Positions 9,187 to 20,027 of a stretch of DNA of 64,000 nt are shown piece by piece. Position numbers and translations under genes: made by a program. The DNA is from Candidatus Bathyarchaeia archaeon (GTDB lineage: Archaea > Thermoproteota > Bathyarchaeia > Bathyarchaeales > Bathycorpusculaceae): contig JBEKXL010000013.1 of assembly GCA_049512075.1 (NCBI GenBank), positions 1-64,000 on the forward strand, written 5' to 3'. Under the pieces are notes generated by a model that saw only the letters and a list, made by a program, of their open reading frames with translations, searched no databases and was not told the DNA's origin. Each line of letters starts with the position of its first letter. Positions within the stretch are counted from its first letter, which is position 1.

Positions 9187-11877
9187 ATGGCACAAAAGCG
9201 CTTAGAAGACTTTTCACACAAAGAAACTCTGCATGTAAAAGAAGAGAAAGCAGAGCCAAGAATCGCCGTCATCACAGGAAGCGTGGCCAATGAAAAAGGA
9301 AAACGCCTTTCTTTTCCACCAGTGGCACCTCAGAATCTGTCCGCTTCCTATATCGTATCCGCCACGTACGATGGAAAAGTTGGAAAGGCAGTGATGAAAC
9401 TCTACGAACCAGTCTCGGGACAAATCTATTTCTGGTACGACAATACCGGACACCAGCCGTACTGCCTAACCAACCTCTCACGATACGAGCTTGAAAGAAT
9501 CAGCCGCTTAATCCAGCACCAAGGTCTAGACCGATTTGAAATCGTCGAAAAATTCGACCCCCTTCTAGACAAGAACGTGAAAATAACAAAAATTCTGACC
9601 AAAGATCCCCTGGCCATCGGCGGACGCCCCACAGGATGCATCAGAGACATAATCCCCGAAGACTTCCCCAAAGTCTCGGAAACACCAATAGCCCAAGAAC
9701 AAATCAAAGTATGGGAATCAACAATAAAATACTATCAATCCTACATATTCGACAGAAACCTATTTCCAGGAATGATCTACGAGGTTAAAGACAGCAATCT
9801 TGTTGCGAAGACCCTGCAAAGCACTGAAAAAACGGTGACAAAAATACGTGAAGTCTTCAAGGAAGCCACGAACGAAGAATGCGAGTTCATCGTAGAATGG
9901 GCCAGACTACTCGAATATCCAGCTCCAAAGTTCCGCCGCGTAGCCATCGATATCGAGGTACTGGCGCCCATCCCAACACGCGTCCCCGACCCGAGAGAAG
10001 CAGCCTACCAAGTTATCTGCGTCTCAATGTTCGCCTCCGACGGGCTAGAGAAAACCCTGGTCCTTAAACGCGAAGGAATCCGCGAAGGAGCAGAACACTT
10101 ACCAGCAGACATAACAATCGAATACTTTGACACGGAAGAAAAACTCATAAGAGCCGTTTTCGACATCCTTTGGGACTACCCATTCGTACTGACGTTCAAC
10201 GGAGACGATTTCGACCTCCGTTATCTTGCCCACCGCGCCTTGAACCTAGGCATAAGGCATAGCGACATTCCAATAGAAATCGGCAAACGCTCCTGCCTGC
10301 TGAGCTATGGAGTGCACATTGACCTCTACAAGTTCTTCTTTAATCGCTCAATCCAGATATACGCTTTCAACAATCGCTACCGAGACGTAACCCTCAATGA
10401 GGTAGGAAGGGCCCTAATCCAACTGGAAAAAATCCAACTCGACAAAAGCTTGGGAGAATTAACTTACACTGAACTGGCTAAGTACTGTTTCAGGGACTCC
10501 GAAATAACCTTCAAGCTCACAAGTTTCGAAGATGAACTGGTCATGAAGCTGATTCTGGTCCTCGCGAGAATCAGCAGCATGCCCATGGAAGACGTCAGTC
10601 GGCAAGGCGTGTCGCGTTGGATAAGAGACTTCCTTCAACGCGAGCATCGCCACAGAAACATGCTCATTCCAACCCCCCAAGACATACTCGCAACGAAGGG
10701 CAAGACCGCAACAAAAGCAATGATCAAGGGCAAAAAATACAAAGGCGCCTTAGTCGTCGAACCCGTCCCCGGAGTCCACTTTAACGTCGCCGTCATGGAC
10801 TTCCCAAGCCTGTACCCTTCAATAATAAAGGTTTGGAACTTAGGCTACCAATCCATCCTATGTCAACACCCAGAATGCCGCAGCAACCTCATCCCAGGCA
10901 CGCCGCACTGGGTCTGCACCAAAAAACGGGCACTGGAGAGTCTTCTAATCGGTTCGCTAAGGGACCTGCGAGTGCAATGGTACAAACCGAAATCCAAAGA
11001 CAAAGCCCTACCCCCTGATCTAAGAAGCTGGTACAACGTAACTCAGGGAGCCCTCAAAGTAATTTTGAACGCAAGCTACGGAGTCTTCGGAGCCGAAAGC
11101 TTCGACCTTTACTGTCCACCAGTGGCCGAAGCCACCGCTGCAATCGGAAGACACTCCATAACGCAAATACTCAGCAAAGCTGAGAGGCTTAACATCCAAG
11201 TGCTTTATGGAGACACGGACAGCCTATTCTTGAAGAATCCTTCGAAGCAACAGATCGAAGAGCTGGCACATTGGACTGAACAAGAGCTGAAAATGAGTCT
11301 CGACGTCGACAAGGTCTACAGGTACGCGGTTTTCAGTTCGCGAAAAAAGAACTATTTAGGCGTCCTAGAAGACGGAACGGTCGACGTAAAGGGACTAACG
11401 GGCAAGAAACGGCACATACCAGTTTTCATAAAAAGGGCATTTGAACGGATGAAAACACGGTTGGCAACTGTCAAGACACCTGCAGATTTCGAGAACGCGA
11501 AAAAAGACATTGCAGAAATTGTGCGCGACTGTTACATGCAACTCAAGAGGCGAGGGTGGGAGAGCATGAGCGACCTAGCCTTCAACGTGGTCCTGGGCGA
11601 GGATATAGAACACTACACAAAAACAACACCTCAGCACGTCAAGGCTGCGAAAATCTTGAAGGAAAACGGAGCAGAATTGAAGGCAGGCGACCTGATAAGC
11701 TTCGTCAAAATCAGTAGAGAACCACACGTGAAGCCTGTTGAACTGGCAACACGGAATGAGGTAGATGTCGACAAGTACATCGCGTATCTACAATCAACGT
11801 TTGATCAGGTCTTAGACGCGTTAGGTCTAGATTTTGACGAAATAATAGGGCTAACGAAACTGGAACGCTTCCTTTAG
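9187..11877 (+). CDS. polB1: Family B DNA polymerase (PolB1 type)
   Basis: ExoI DIE, FNGDDFD, DFPSLYPS, KVILNASYG, YGDTDS, KKNY; N-terminal YFWYDNTGHQPY typical of PolB1. Confidence 0.95.
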   Translation: MAQKRLEDFSHKETLHVKEEKAEPRIAVITGSVANEKGKRLSFPPVAPQNLSASYIVSATYDGKVGKAVMKLYEPVSGQIYFWYDNTGHQPYCLTNLSRYELERISRLIQHQGLDRFEIVEKFDPLLDKNVKITKILTKDPLAIGGRPTGCIRDIIPEDFPKVSETPIAQEQIKVWESTIKYYQSYIFDRNLFPGMIYEVKDSNLVAKTLQSTEKTVTKIREVFKEATNEECEFIVEWARLLEYPAPKFRRVAIDIEVLAPIPTRVPDPREAAYQVICVSMFASDGLEKTLVLKREGIREGAEHLPADITIEYFDTEEKLIRAVFDILWDYPFVLTFNGDDFDLRYLAHRALNLGIRHSDIPIEIGKRSCLLSYGVHIDLYKFFFNRSIQIYAFNNRYRDVTLNEVGRALIQLEKIQLDKSLGELTYTELAKYCFRDSEITFKLTSFEDELVMKLILVLARISSMPMEDVSRQGVSRWIRDFLQREHRHRNMLIPTPQDILATKGKTATKAMIKGKKYKGALVVEPVPGVHFNVAVMDFPSLYPSIIKVWNLGYQSILCQHPECRSNLIPGTPHWVCTKKRALESLLIGSLRDLRVQWYKPKSKDKALPPDLRSWYNVTQGALKVILNASYGVFGAESFDLYCPPVAEATAAIGRHSITQILSKAERLNIQVLYGDTDSLFLKNPSKQQIEELAHWTEQELKMSLDVDKVYRYAVFSSRKKNYLGVLEDGTVDVKGLTGKKRHIPVFIKRAFERMKTRLATVKTPADFENAKKDIAEIVRDCYMQLKRRGWESMSDLAFNVVLGEDIEHYTKTTPQHVKAAKILKENGAELKAGDLISFVKISREPHVKPVELATRNEVDVDKYIAYLQSTFDQVLDALGLDFDEIIGLTKLERFL

Positions 11878-11880
11878 ACG

Positions 11881-12450
11881 CTACTGGTTCTGCGACAGAG
11901 CTTTCAATCCGTGTGATTTCAATGGCTCTATAACGTTTGGCCGCGACAAGGCTCCTAGAAGAAGGTATCCGATTCCGGCGATGATTATCAAGCTGCTGAT
12001 AGAAAGGCTAACGACAAAAGCCGACCAGATGGGCAACGGTATCGCGCCAAAACTGGGAACTTGCTGCATGGCAGGATTACCTTTCAAGTACAGATAGTAA
12101 AGGTACAGACCAATGGGCATGCCTACAGTCAGACTTCCCGAAACGCAAGCTAAAGCACGATTTTTCCGCAACAGCAATATCAAGAACGCCGCAGTAAAGT
12201 TAACAATCGGCCCGACAACCACATCAGCCGGATCAAGCCAGTAGTACGCATTGCTAAAACAACCTATCGTAACTCCCATTGCCCAGGGCCACCCAAACAG
12301 TGCTGACAGCGGAATCAGACAATCGGCAAGCCTCAACTGAATAGGTCCATAAGTGATAGGTCCTCCCATCGACGTTTGAACAATATTGATTGAAGCGTAC
12401 AGGCTCGCAGAAATAGCCATTAATGCCAAGTCTCTAGTGTCAATTCTCAC
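11881..12450 (-). CDS. queT: QueT-family queuosine-precursor transporter
   Basis: ITYGPIQLRLAD…GVTIGC…N signature; GTG start behind GGAGGTGA. Confidence 0.85.
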   Translation of the reverse strand: MRIDTRDLALMAISASLYASINIVQTSMGGPITYGPIQLRLADCLIPLSALFGWPWAMGVTIGCFSNAYYWLDPADVVVGPIVNFTAAFLILLLRKNRALACVSGSLTVGMPIGLYLYYLYLKGNPAMQQVPSFGAIPLPIWSAFVVSLSISSLIIIAGIGYLLLGALSRPNVIEPLKSHGLKALSQNQ

Positions 12451-12518
12451 GTTTTCACCTCCTACGCCCGGGGTTTGTCGTAGCGGAACGGGTGGAGGCC
12501 CACTCACCCGCTAAACAT
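12451..12518 (-). promoter_or_regulatory. Structured 5' leader, candidate riboswitch of queT
   Basis: Hairpin TAGCGG-GT-GAGTGG-GCCT-CCACCC-GTT-CCGCTA containing CCTCC (anti-SD), followed by an overlapping CTACG…CGTAG hairpin that abuts the SD; TTTAATA box at ~12541-12547. Confidence 0.55.
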
Positions 12519-12645
12519 GTCTATGCACACTACTCACAGTTATTAAATCTTGCTTAGAACAGCTAAGAAGTGTAGGGCCACTGTTGCCTATAGTACTCTG
12601 TCTTGATGCATTGTGCCGCAAGTGCTGTTGAGTGTGACCGAAGTG

Positions 12646-13533
12646 TCAGAGATTCAACAGTAGTCGAGCAAGTGCACCTGCGAGAGTTGTTGCCGCAACC
12701 AAAAGCGAGATTACAATGACTATTTGTCTTTCGGTTAGCGGGCGATTAAACGTGACGAGCGTTATCAAGCTCCTTCTGTGATCTGACATGAGTCGTTTGC
12801 CGTCAAAGGAAACGTTGGCCTTAGTCCTGTAGAAGAAAAATGTCAAGAGAATTACTGCTGAGTTAAATATGTATGGCAAAACTGAAATCACCAAATCGGA
12901 CTTTAGATCCGAGATAATTGCGAAAGCAGCCAGCGTAATCCCTATGGCAAAGGATCCAGTGTTGCCTACGAAAATTCTGCCCCGAAAATTGAAGAAGGCA
13001 AGTATCAGCCAAACGATCAATGGACAAAGCAGAAGGATTGCGAAAGAACCTGAGATGGCCATTAACCCTATCATAATTATTGCGGGACAGATTGTCTCTA
13101 GACCGTTCAAACCGCCAAGCTGGTTAACAGTGTTTGTGATTATGGTCACGAGGATTGGAATGATTATAAAATAGTAGATCGGTCCGAAGTGGATGGTTCC
13201 CAGAAGCGGGAGGACTATTGAAGTACGCGCTCCGACCTGACTTGCAAAAGTGACAAGCGGTATGGCGGCTACAAGTGGAAGGAACGCCTTGTATCGCCAC
13301 TTGAGATCTATCCAGTCGTCCAACAGGCCCATGAACCCACCGAACAAAATGCAGGCTGCCAAGGTCAGAGGCGCAGAAACACCGTTAGCTACGTTCATCA
13401 CGCCTAAGAAATACAGGAGAAAAATGTAAACAACACTAACCATGACATAAAGGACACCTAAACCGTTCGGAACCAGCGGCCTGTTTGGTTTATGTTGGTC
13501 AGGGGCTCTGGGGAACAAAATGTCTTCCTTCAT
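12646..13533 (-). CDS. aglH: Polyprenyl-phosphate GlcNAc-1-phosphate transferase (GPT/AglH, glycosyltransferase family 4)
   Basis: DQHKP…VP, GLLDD, NTVNQLGGLNGLE, FVGNTG; directly downstream of aglB. Confidence 0.85.
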   Translation of the reverse strand: MKEDILFPRAPDQHKPNRPLVPNGLGVLYVMVSVVYIFLLYFLGVMNVANGVSAPLTLAACILFGGFMGLLDDWIDLKWRYKAFLPLVAAIPLVTFASQVGARTSIVLPLLGTIHFGPIYYFIIIPILVTIITNTVNQLGGLNGLETICPAIIMIGLMAISGSFAILLLCPLIVWLILAFFNFRGRIFVGNTGSFAIGITLAAFAIISDLKSDLVISVLPYIFNSAVILLTFFFYRTKANVSFDGKRLMSDHRRSLITLVTFNRPLTERQIVIVISLLVAATTLAGALARLLLNL

Positions 13534-15812
13534 CCGTTAGGATAGTCTATCTTGTACAGAGCGACGAGCGGAACCAAACCGCCATATAGACTACTGGCGT
13601 CAGATGGGGTAAGAGTCAACCCTGCAATGTATGCCGGTTCAAAGTACTGCGGCACGGGGTTTGTCTGGCCAGTATCGGGGTTTACGCCTCCAGTAGCGTT
13701 GCCCCCGTCTGGGTCTACCACCCCCTGCGCGTTACAATACAGGGTTCTCGCCCAAGTCATCAGCTGATAAATCGTCGTGTTGTATCCCCGGTCATTCCAT
13801 AACCAATTGTTCGGCCAATAAGTCGTAACGTTGGTGTATTTTCCGAATGCGGTCTCATCAGTCCAATTCCATCCTGGCCATATGGTAACATTCCGCGCAC
13901 CCTGCCCTGAAATCCTTGCCATCCACGTCCATTTTCCTTCGTCTCCGTAACCAGCTTCAAGTGCGTAGGTCGTGGAGCTTCCACTTGGCGTTTGCAAGGC
14001 TAGAGTGGTGAACACGAGAACGTATTTTGCGTTGTAGACCTTCAGCATCTTTACTGATTCAGTCTGGTTGGCCATCATCGTGAAACCTACGTTTTCTATC
14101 TGCGTGTCATTTATCGTGGCGTTGTCATTGAGCGTGGTTACATTTCCCAGAATTGTTAACCAGAATCCGTAGTCCCACCAAGCATCGACAACGTCAGTCG
14201 AGGCGAGGTTATTCTTTGTCCAAGTAAGCATGTCCAGCCACTCTGTCACTGCTACGTTGGGAACTATCGGAAGGCTGCCTGCTGTAATCGTCAAAGGAGT
14301 GTAAGCTTGCCTATACACGGCGGGAATGCCACCGGACTGCGGCGAGATCGCAAAATGCGTCATTAGAATTAAGAATATTAGGAAAACGGCAGTTCCGCTG
14401 AATTCTTTTCCCACATGCTCTAGACGAAACTTCTTCGTTGTTATCTTTGGCGGTTCTTTTAGCATGGTGATGAATGGTCTTAGTACGCCTACTATTCCCA
14501 CAGCAGCGATTAGGCCGAAGGCTGGCGCTAGAAGATAAAGCAGGCGCACCATGGAGCCGGCGAAATACAGTGATGTCAAGCCGAAGAGTAGCAAGAACAG
14601 GTTCTTGTTGACTAGATTTCTTGAGACAAAATAAAGTCCGACAACGAAGAATAATATCAATATGCCCAGATCATAGTACATCGAGCCCCAAGCCGTTATA
14701 TTGTGCTCAGCAACAGACAACGTGAGTGGATTGGCACTTCGCAATAAAGGATCCAGAACTGTTAGGAACTTGCCCGCTATGTTACCTGCGTATCCTAAGG
14801 CAAAGATGGCTGTGAAAGCGCCAATAATGGCTACTAGGGTTGCGACTACAAGAGCGAATCTCTCTTTTGCCGAAGTTAGAATCTGCAGGACTTCACTCAG
14901 ACATAGCAAGAGGAACACGCCGGCCGCGGGTAAGACCGCATAGCTTATTGGATATTTTATTCCCAGAAGGGGGGCACTCATCGCTACTAACAGCCCCAAT
15001 CCATACGTTATGCTGTACGCAAACAGTATGCGCCTAGTGTACCTCCTCAACAGGAGCAAAACGAAAACGAAGAGCACAGCCAAATCTACCAGATAATACG
15101 CTGCGCCCCACCCCATTATGAAGTAAGCCAAGCACACTCCGCACACCAGCGATAGCTTCAATGAGGAACCTATTGGTCTCTCTTCCTCGATTGCTTTTGG
15201 AAACAGCAGGAAGAATAGCAGAAAGGAAAACGTAGCTGTTTCAGTTTCAAACCAGCCTAAATTGCTTCTTGTAATGAAAGATGCGTCTAGAGCCAGGATG
15301 AGTGCAGCGAGCATTCCGACGGCTTTTCCTCCATATTCCTTGCCGATGAAATACATGATCAAAACACACAACGTGCCAAACATCGGAGGGAGAAGTGCAC
15401 AGAAACTCATAAAATCTATATTGACGCCCAGAGCATGGATTATGTCGTAAAGAAAAGCTCCAGTCATAGGTATTGACGGTAGCGACTCTGAGCCCATGTT
15501 AATTCCCTGTGGATACCAGAGTTGGGTATCAAGCCACAGCTTTGGCCAATAGGGCGAAAGCAACCCGTTTTGCACCATATAGTTGCCTACGCGAAATTCG
15601 AAAAATGCGTCGAACTCGGACAGGTTTATGAAACCTGTTCCCGTTCCTATTTCCCAACGCAGTGGAAGAATCCGTATGGTGTAAGCGACGAACAGGATGA
15701 GTAGCAACGCCGTGAAAGTCAGTACCGAAGTGCGGCTGATCTTGACTCGCAGTTTTCCCAGATTCTTCAGGCCGTTAATCAGGGCTTCTCGGGATATGTT
15801 GGGCAGCTTCAC
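13530..15812 (-). CDS. aglB: Oligosaccharyltransferase AglB (STT3)
   Basis: EFD, SVAEH, WWDYG and DNAT motifs; many TM helices; GTG start inferred. Confidence 0.95.
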   Translation of the reverse strand: MKLPNISREALINGLKNLGKLRVKISRTSVLTFTALLLILFVAYTIRILPLRWEIGTGTGFINLSEFDAFFEFRVGNYMVQNGLLSPYWPKLWLDTQLWYPQGINMGSESLPSIPMTGAFLYDIIHALGVNIDFMSFCALLPPMFGTLCVLIMYFIGKEYGGKAVGMLAALILALDASFITRSNLGWFETETATFSFLLFFLLFPKAIEEERPIGSSLKLSLVCGVCLAYFIMGWGAAYYLVDLAVLFVFVLLLLRRYTRRILFAYSITYGLGLLVAMSAPLLGIKYPISYAVLPAAGVFLLLCLSEVLQILTSAKERFALVVATLVAIIGAFTAIFALGYAGNIAGKFLTVLDPLLRSANPLTLSVAEHNITAWGSMYYDLGILILFFVVGLYFVSRNLVNKNLFLLLFGLTSLYFAGSMVRLLYLLAPAFGLIAAVGIVGVLRPFITMLKEPPKITTKKFRLEHVGKEFSGTAVFLIFLILMTHFAISPQSGGIPAVYRQAYTPLTITAGSLPIVPNVAVTEWLDMLTWTKNNLASTDVVDAWWDYGFWLTILGNVTTLNDNATINDTQIENVGFTMMANQTESVKMLKVYNAKYVLVFTTLALQTPSGSSTTYALEAGYGDEGKWTWMARISGQGARNVTIWPGWNWTDETAFGKYTNVTTYWPNNWLWNDRGYNTTIYQLMTWARTLYCNAQGVVDPDGGNATGGVNPDTGQTNPVPQYFEPAYIAGLTLTPSDASSLYGGLVPLVALYKIDYPNG

Positions 15813-15955
15813 TTCAGTTTCCTTCCTCCTACAGGCTATGTCGAAGTTTGTTATTTTGCTTGTGGTTACATGATTGTTTGAAGTTAATTTAGATGACATG
15901 GGTCATCGTTATATACCTTTCCAAAAGGAAAATGTTAGCCAAGAAGACTCTGTTT

Positions 15956-17104
15956 TCAAACAGTCGTAGTCTTTCGTTTGAAGCCATATTTTTCAATGTC
16001 GTATAATGGGAACGCCGCTATTCTGCCGGTAGCTGTCTTGTTGCGTATTATTACGTTTACAATATTCCCTTCTTGGGCGTGAGGCGTCTGGACGTAGCCC
16101 ATGCCGATTCCGAAGTTTAGCAAAGGGGAAAAAGTTCCACTTGTCATTCTGCCTATTCTTTCTCCAGATTCAGCGCGGATTTCGAAGCCCTGCCGAGGTA
16201 TTCCCAGATCTGTCATTGTTATTCCAACGCGCTTGCGCTTCACTCCTTCAGCTTTCTGTTTCAGCAAAACCTCTTTTCCTACGAATCGGTCCTTCTGCAG
16301 TTTCACCACAAAACCCAGCGCCGCCTCTAGCGGTGTTGTAGTTTCATCTATATCGTTTCCGTACAAGCACAGTCCTGCTTCAAGTCGTAAAGTGTCCCTC
16401 GCTCCTAAACCACATGGTTCTATTCCTAGAGTCTTTCCAGCTTCAAGAATGGCTTTCCACAGTCTCATGGCGTTGTCTGGTTTTGCGATTGAAGCGTTCC
16501 ACACGAAGACTTCGAAGCCGTCTTCACCCGTATAACCCGTTCTAGACAGGAAGACTTCTACACCGGCCAACTTGGAAGGTTCGCACTTGAATCTTCCAAT
16601 CTTGCTCAGATCTTCCGTCGCGATTTTCCGCAGTGTTTTTTCGGCCTTTGGACCTTGAACTGCAAACATTGCCACGTTGTCAGAGATTTCTTCAATCTTC
16701 ACGTTGAAACCTTTTGCATTCTTAACTAGCCAGTTGTAGTCTTTTTCGCGGTTGCTCGCGTTGAAAACTACGAGGAATTTCTCGTCTTCCAACCGGTAAA
16801 CAACAAAGTCGTCAATTATGCCGCCGTTCTCGTTACACATAACTGAGTATTGCGCAACGTTGGGCTGCAACGTTGAGACATCGTTCGTTATCACATAATT
16901 CAGGAATCTTTCAACATCGATTCCTGTAACCAGCACTCTTCCCATATGGCTGATGTCGAAGACGCCGACACTGTTTCGTACGGCCAGATGCTCGGGGGTT
17001 ATATCCTTATAGTATATTGGCATTTCAAAGCCGGCAAAAACCGTTAGTTTTGCAGTTTTTCGATGTATTTCATAGATTTGGGTTCGACGATTCTCTCCGA
17101 TCAA
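15956..17104 (-). CDS. gcvT: Glycine cleavage system aminomethyltransferase T
   Basis: FDISHMG, RTGYTGEDGFE, GLGARDTLRLEAG, TSGTFSP. Confidence 0.95.
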   Translation of the reverse strand: MIGENRRTQIYEIHRKTAKLTVFAGFEMPIYYKDITPEHLAVRNSVGVFDISHMGRVLVTGIDVERFLNYVITNDVSTLQPNVAQYSVMCNENGGIIDDFVVYRLEDEKFLVVFNASNREKDYNWLVKNAKGFNVKIEEISDNVAMFAVQGPKAEKTLRKIATEDLSKIGRFKCEPSKLAGVEVFLSRTGYTGEDGFEVFVWNASIAKPDNAMRLWKAILEAGKTLGIEPCGLGARDTLRLEAGLCLYGNDIDETTTPLEAALGFVVKLQKDRFVGKEVLLKQKAEGVKRKRVGITMTDLGIPRQGFEIRAESGERIGRMTSGTFSPLLNFGIGMGYVQTPHAQEGNIVNVIIRNKTATGRIAAFPLYDIEKYGFKRKTTTV

Positions 17105-17125
17105 GCCTGTTTCCTCAGAAACCGA

Positions 17126-17290
17126 TCATTTCGAAGGTTTCACATTTACGTCTATGGGTACGAACGAGAGTTTCTTGCCACAACTGGGGCATTTGCCTTC
17201 ATGGTCGTGCAAAATTTCATCTGGGGGTTTCAGATCAGGTCCTTCATACAACAAGTGGCCACAGCTTTGACAGGTTACACGTTGAGGCAT
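17126..17290 (-). CDS. Small zinc-ribbon protein (54 aa, not in ORF track)
   Basis: MPQRVTCQSCGHLLYEGPDLKPPDEILHDHEGKCPSCGKKLSFVPIDVNVKPSK; GGAGTG upstream. Confidence 0.75.
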   Translation of the reverse strand: MPQRVTCQSCGHLLYEGPDLKPPDEILHDHEGKCPSCGKKLSFVPIDVNVKPSK

Positions 17291-17716
17291 AAACACTGCA
17301 CTCCGCTTGTTAATGAAAGAACTAGACGTTCACGGTGTATTTATCGGTTGCTAGAGCAGCTGCTGCACAATTCCAGATCGTGCGAGCCAGACTACCTTTT
17401 GCGCCAACTCTTCCTCCCCCTAATGAAGAGAACGTGAAGAACTGAGTTATCTGTCTTGCCTGCCTTTCATTTGAGCCTTTTTATGAGACCGAGGACAATC
17501 CAGATTGGCAACTCACGAGCGCACGCGTTCTTTCACAAGAACGCTGATTTAGTTGTGGCCTTTCAGGGTTTTCCATTGCAACTCGCCAGTGTCAGGCGCG
17601 ACTTAGAAGCATAAACGCTGAAGAACATTCAAGAGAGGAAAAGTTCAATATCCTGATGAGGACAGCATAGTTCAAAGAGACAGGGTTTAACAAGTTTAGC
17701 GCGGTCCGTGTTAACC

Positions 17717-19828
17717 ATGGGAAAATACACTTTAATCATCACAGAAAAGCCGGATGCTGCACAAAGAATAGCTTCAGCGCTTGACGTAAGCCAGAAAGCA
17801 AGAAGAATGGAAGACAACGGCGTGCCCTATTACGTGGCCGTGCGCGACAAGGAGATTGTAATTGTTCCTGCACTTGGGCACTTGTACACGGTTTCTGCGC
17901 AAACGAAAGGAAGAAGCTCTTACCCTGTTTTCAATTTCAAGTGGGTGCCTCGATTTCAGGCTGAGAAAGGGGCAGAGCATATCCGCGCGTGGCTTCAAGT
18001 CATCTCGAAACTATCCAAAAACGCAGACTCGTTTATTGACGCGTGTGACTACGACATGGAAGGAAGCATCATCGGATACTGCATCTTGAAATACGCTTGC
18101 AACGACAAAGAAAAAGTGTCAAGGCGCATGAAATACTCCACCTTGACCAAAGAAGAACTGGAAAAATCCTACGTCGAGTCCCTGCCGCATTTGGACTTTG
18201 CGCTCATAGAAGCCGGCAGAACGAGGCATGAAGTTGACTGGCTTTACGGCATCAATCTCTCGAGAGCTCTGACATTTGCGGCAAAGAACTGGAGCGGAAA
18301 ATACAGTACGTTGAGTACGGGTCGAGTTCAGGGGCCGCTCCTGACATTCTTGGTTTCCAGAGAAAAATCCATAAGAAGCTTCGTGCCCACGCCGTACTGG
18401 CAAATCAAAGCCCGCGTGGAAATAGACGGACAAACCTGCGTAGCCGAATTCGCGAAGAGAATAGTAGAGACTAAGACAGAAGCAGATGCTGTTTCAAACG
18501 CCTGCAAAGGAAGCGGAAAAATTGAAAAGGTGGAAGTCCTACAGTTTCAGCTGTCTGCGCCTGTCCCTTTTGATTTAGGCGCCTTACAAGTTGAAGCTTA
18601 CAGTTTGTTTCGGTACGACCTAAAAAAAACGGTGGGCACGACTCAACGTTTGTATCTCGACGCGTTAATCTCTTACCCACGAACCAGCAGCCAAAAACTT
18701 CCTCTGGCGATAAACTATCAATCGATTCTTAAGAACTTGAGCAGCGTCCGAGAATACAAAGGACTTGCAGCAGATCTTTTGGGCAAACCAGTGTTGAAAC
18801 CCCATGAGGGAGGCAGAGAAGACCCAGCTCATCCCGCCATCTACCCGACCGGAAATCTGCCTGAACGCATTCTGAACAAATCTGAAAGAAACATTTGGGA
18901 TCTCGTTGTTCGAAGGTTCATGGCGGTTTTCGGCGAGCCGGCGATAAGACAGAGCGTCAAGGCAAACATCAAGGTCGACGGGTATCATTTCTGTGTCAAG
19001 GAAAAACGAACGTTAGAGAAAGGATGGCAACGGTTCTACGAGCCATATGTTAGATCAGAGGAAACTTTGTTGCCTTTAGTAAAGGAGGGACAACAGGTCG
19101 TCTTTAAGAAGGTCATCGTGGAAAGCAGATTCACTGAGCCGCCGCCACGATATAATCCCAGCAGCTTGCTTCAGAAAATGGAAGAGGTTGGAATTGGAAC
19201 AAAGGCGACTAGGGCGGATACAATACAGACGCTTTATGAAAGGAAATATGTTCGAAACGAGAGAATAATGGTGACTGACTTGGGCTTTGAGGTTCTCGAA
19301 ATCCTGAAGAATCACTGTAAGAAAGTCGTTTCTGTTGAAATGACGAAGGAACTTGAGGACAGAATCAATGGGATATGCCAGAACGGCGAAAAGAGGGAAG
19401 ACGTTTTGGTTGGTGCAGTTGAAATTCTTGGACCAGTGCTGAAAGAGCTCAAGCAAAAAGAGGGAGAAATCGGTGAGCGCTTGAGTAATGCCGTGGAAAG
19501 GACGAGGTTGGAAGAAAGCATAATCGGCGCATGCCCAATCTGCAAGACTGGAAAGCTTTTGACGATATACTCGAAGAAAACTAGAAAACGCTTCGTCGGC
19601 TGTACCAACTACTTTAAAGGATTGTGCAGGGCCTCATTTGCTCTCCCTCAAAAAGGCACAATCAAAGTGCACGGCAGAAACTGCGGTGGATGCGGGTGGC
19701 CCACCGTTCAGGTTCGAACCGGAGGAAGAAGAACATGGATATTATGTTTCAATCCTGATTGCGCGTCGAAAGAAGGAAAGAGGGAGAGAAGAATTGCAAT
19801 GTCCGATATGCGGCAGAAAAGTCGATGA
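17717..19828 (+). CDS. topA: DNA topoisomerase IA (archaeal TopA/TopoIII) with C-terminal zinc ribbons
   Basis: TEKP TOPRIM, DYDMEG, STGRVQ, ISYPRT catalytic Tyr, AHPAI, GTKATR. Confidence 0.95.
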   Translation: MGKYTLIITEKPDAAQRIASALDVSQKARRMEDNGVPYYVAVRDKEIVIVPALGHLYTVSAQTKGRSSYPVFNFKWVPRFQAEKGAEHIRAWLQVISKLSKNADSFIDACDYDMEGSIIGYCILKYACNDKEKVSRRMKYSTLTKEELEKSYVESLPHLDFALIEAGRTRHEVDWLYGINLSRALTFAAKNWSGKYSTLSTGRVQGPLLTFLVSREKSIRSFVPTPYWQIKARVEIDGQTCVAEFAKRIVETKTEADAVSNACKGSGKIEKVEVLQFQLSAPVPFDLGALQVEAYSLFRYDLKKTVGTTQRLYLDALISYPRTSSQKLPLAINYQSILKNLSSVREYKGLAADLLGKPVLKPHEGGREDPAHPAIYPTGNLPERILNKSERNIWDLVVRRFMAVFGEPAIRQSVKANIKVDGYHFCVKEKRTLEKGWQRFYEPYVRSEETLLPLVKEGQQVVFKKVIVESRFTEPPPRYNPSSLLQKMEEVGIGTKATRADTIQTLYERKYVRNERIMVTDLGFEVLEILKNHCKKVVSVEMTKELEDRINGICQNGEKREDVLVGAVEILGPVLKELKQKEGEIGERLSNAVERTRLEESIIGACPICKTGKLLTIYSKKTRKRFVGCTNYFKGLCRASFALPQKGTIKVHGRNCGGCGWPTVQVRTGGRRTWILCFNPDCASKEGKRERRIAMSDMRQKSR

Positions 19829-20027
19829 GCAGGGCTATTGCAAGTTGCATGCAAAAGTCTGTAACATCATCATCAAGAAGTATGATCGCTGGAGGAAAGC
19901 TATGGAGATCTCTTGGAAAGAGTATTTAAGCGAGATTGCTAAGAATCCATTAGCAGGCGAATGGGCAAGAGAAGTGGCCCAGCACTTGATAGAAACGGAG
20001 GATCAGAAGGATGTCAAGAACGGTTAA
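19794..20027 (+). CDS. Conserved hypothetical protein with CPICG…C..H motif
   Basis: Overlaps the topA end and the next gene; TTG start inferred. Confidence 0.7.
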   Translation: MQCPICGRKVDEQGYCKLHAKVCNIIIKKYDRWRKAMEISWKEYLSEIAKNPLAGEWAREVAQHLIETEDQKDVKNG

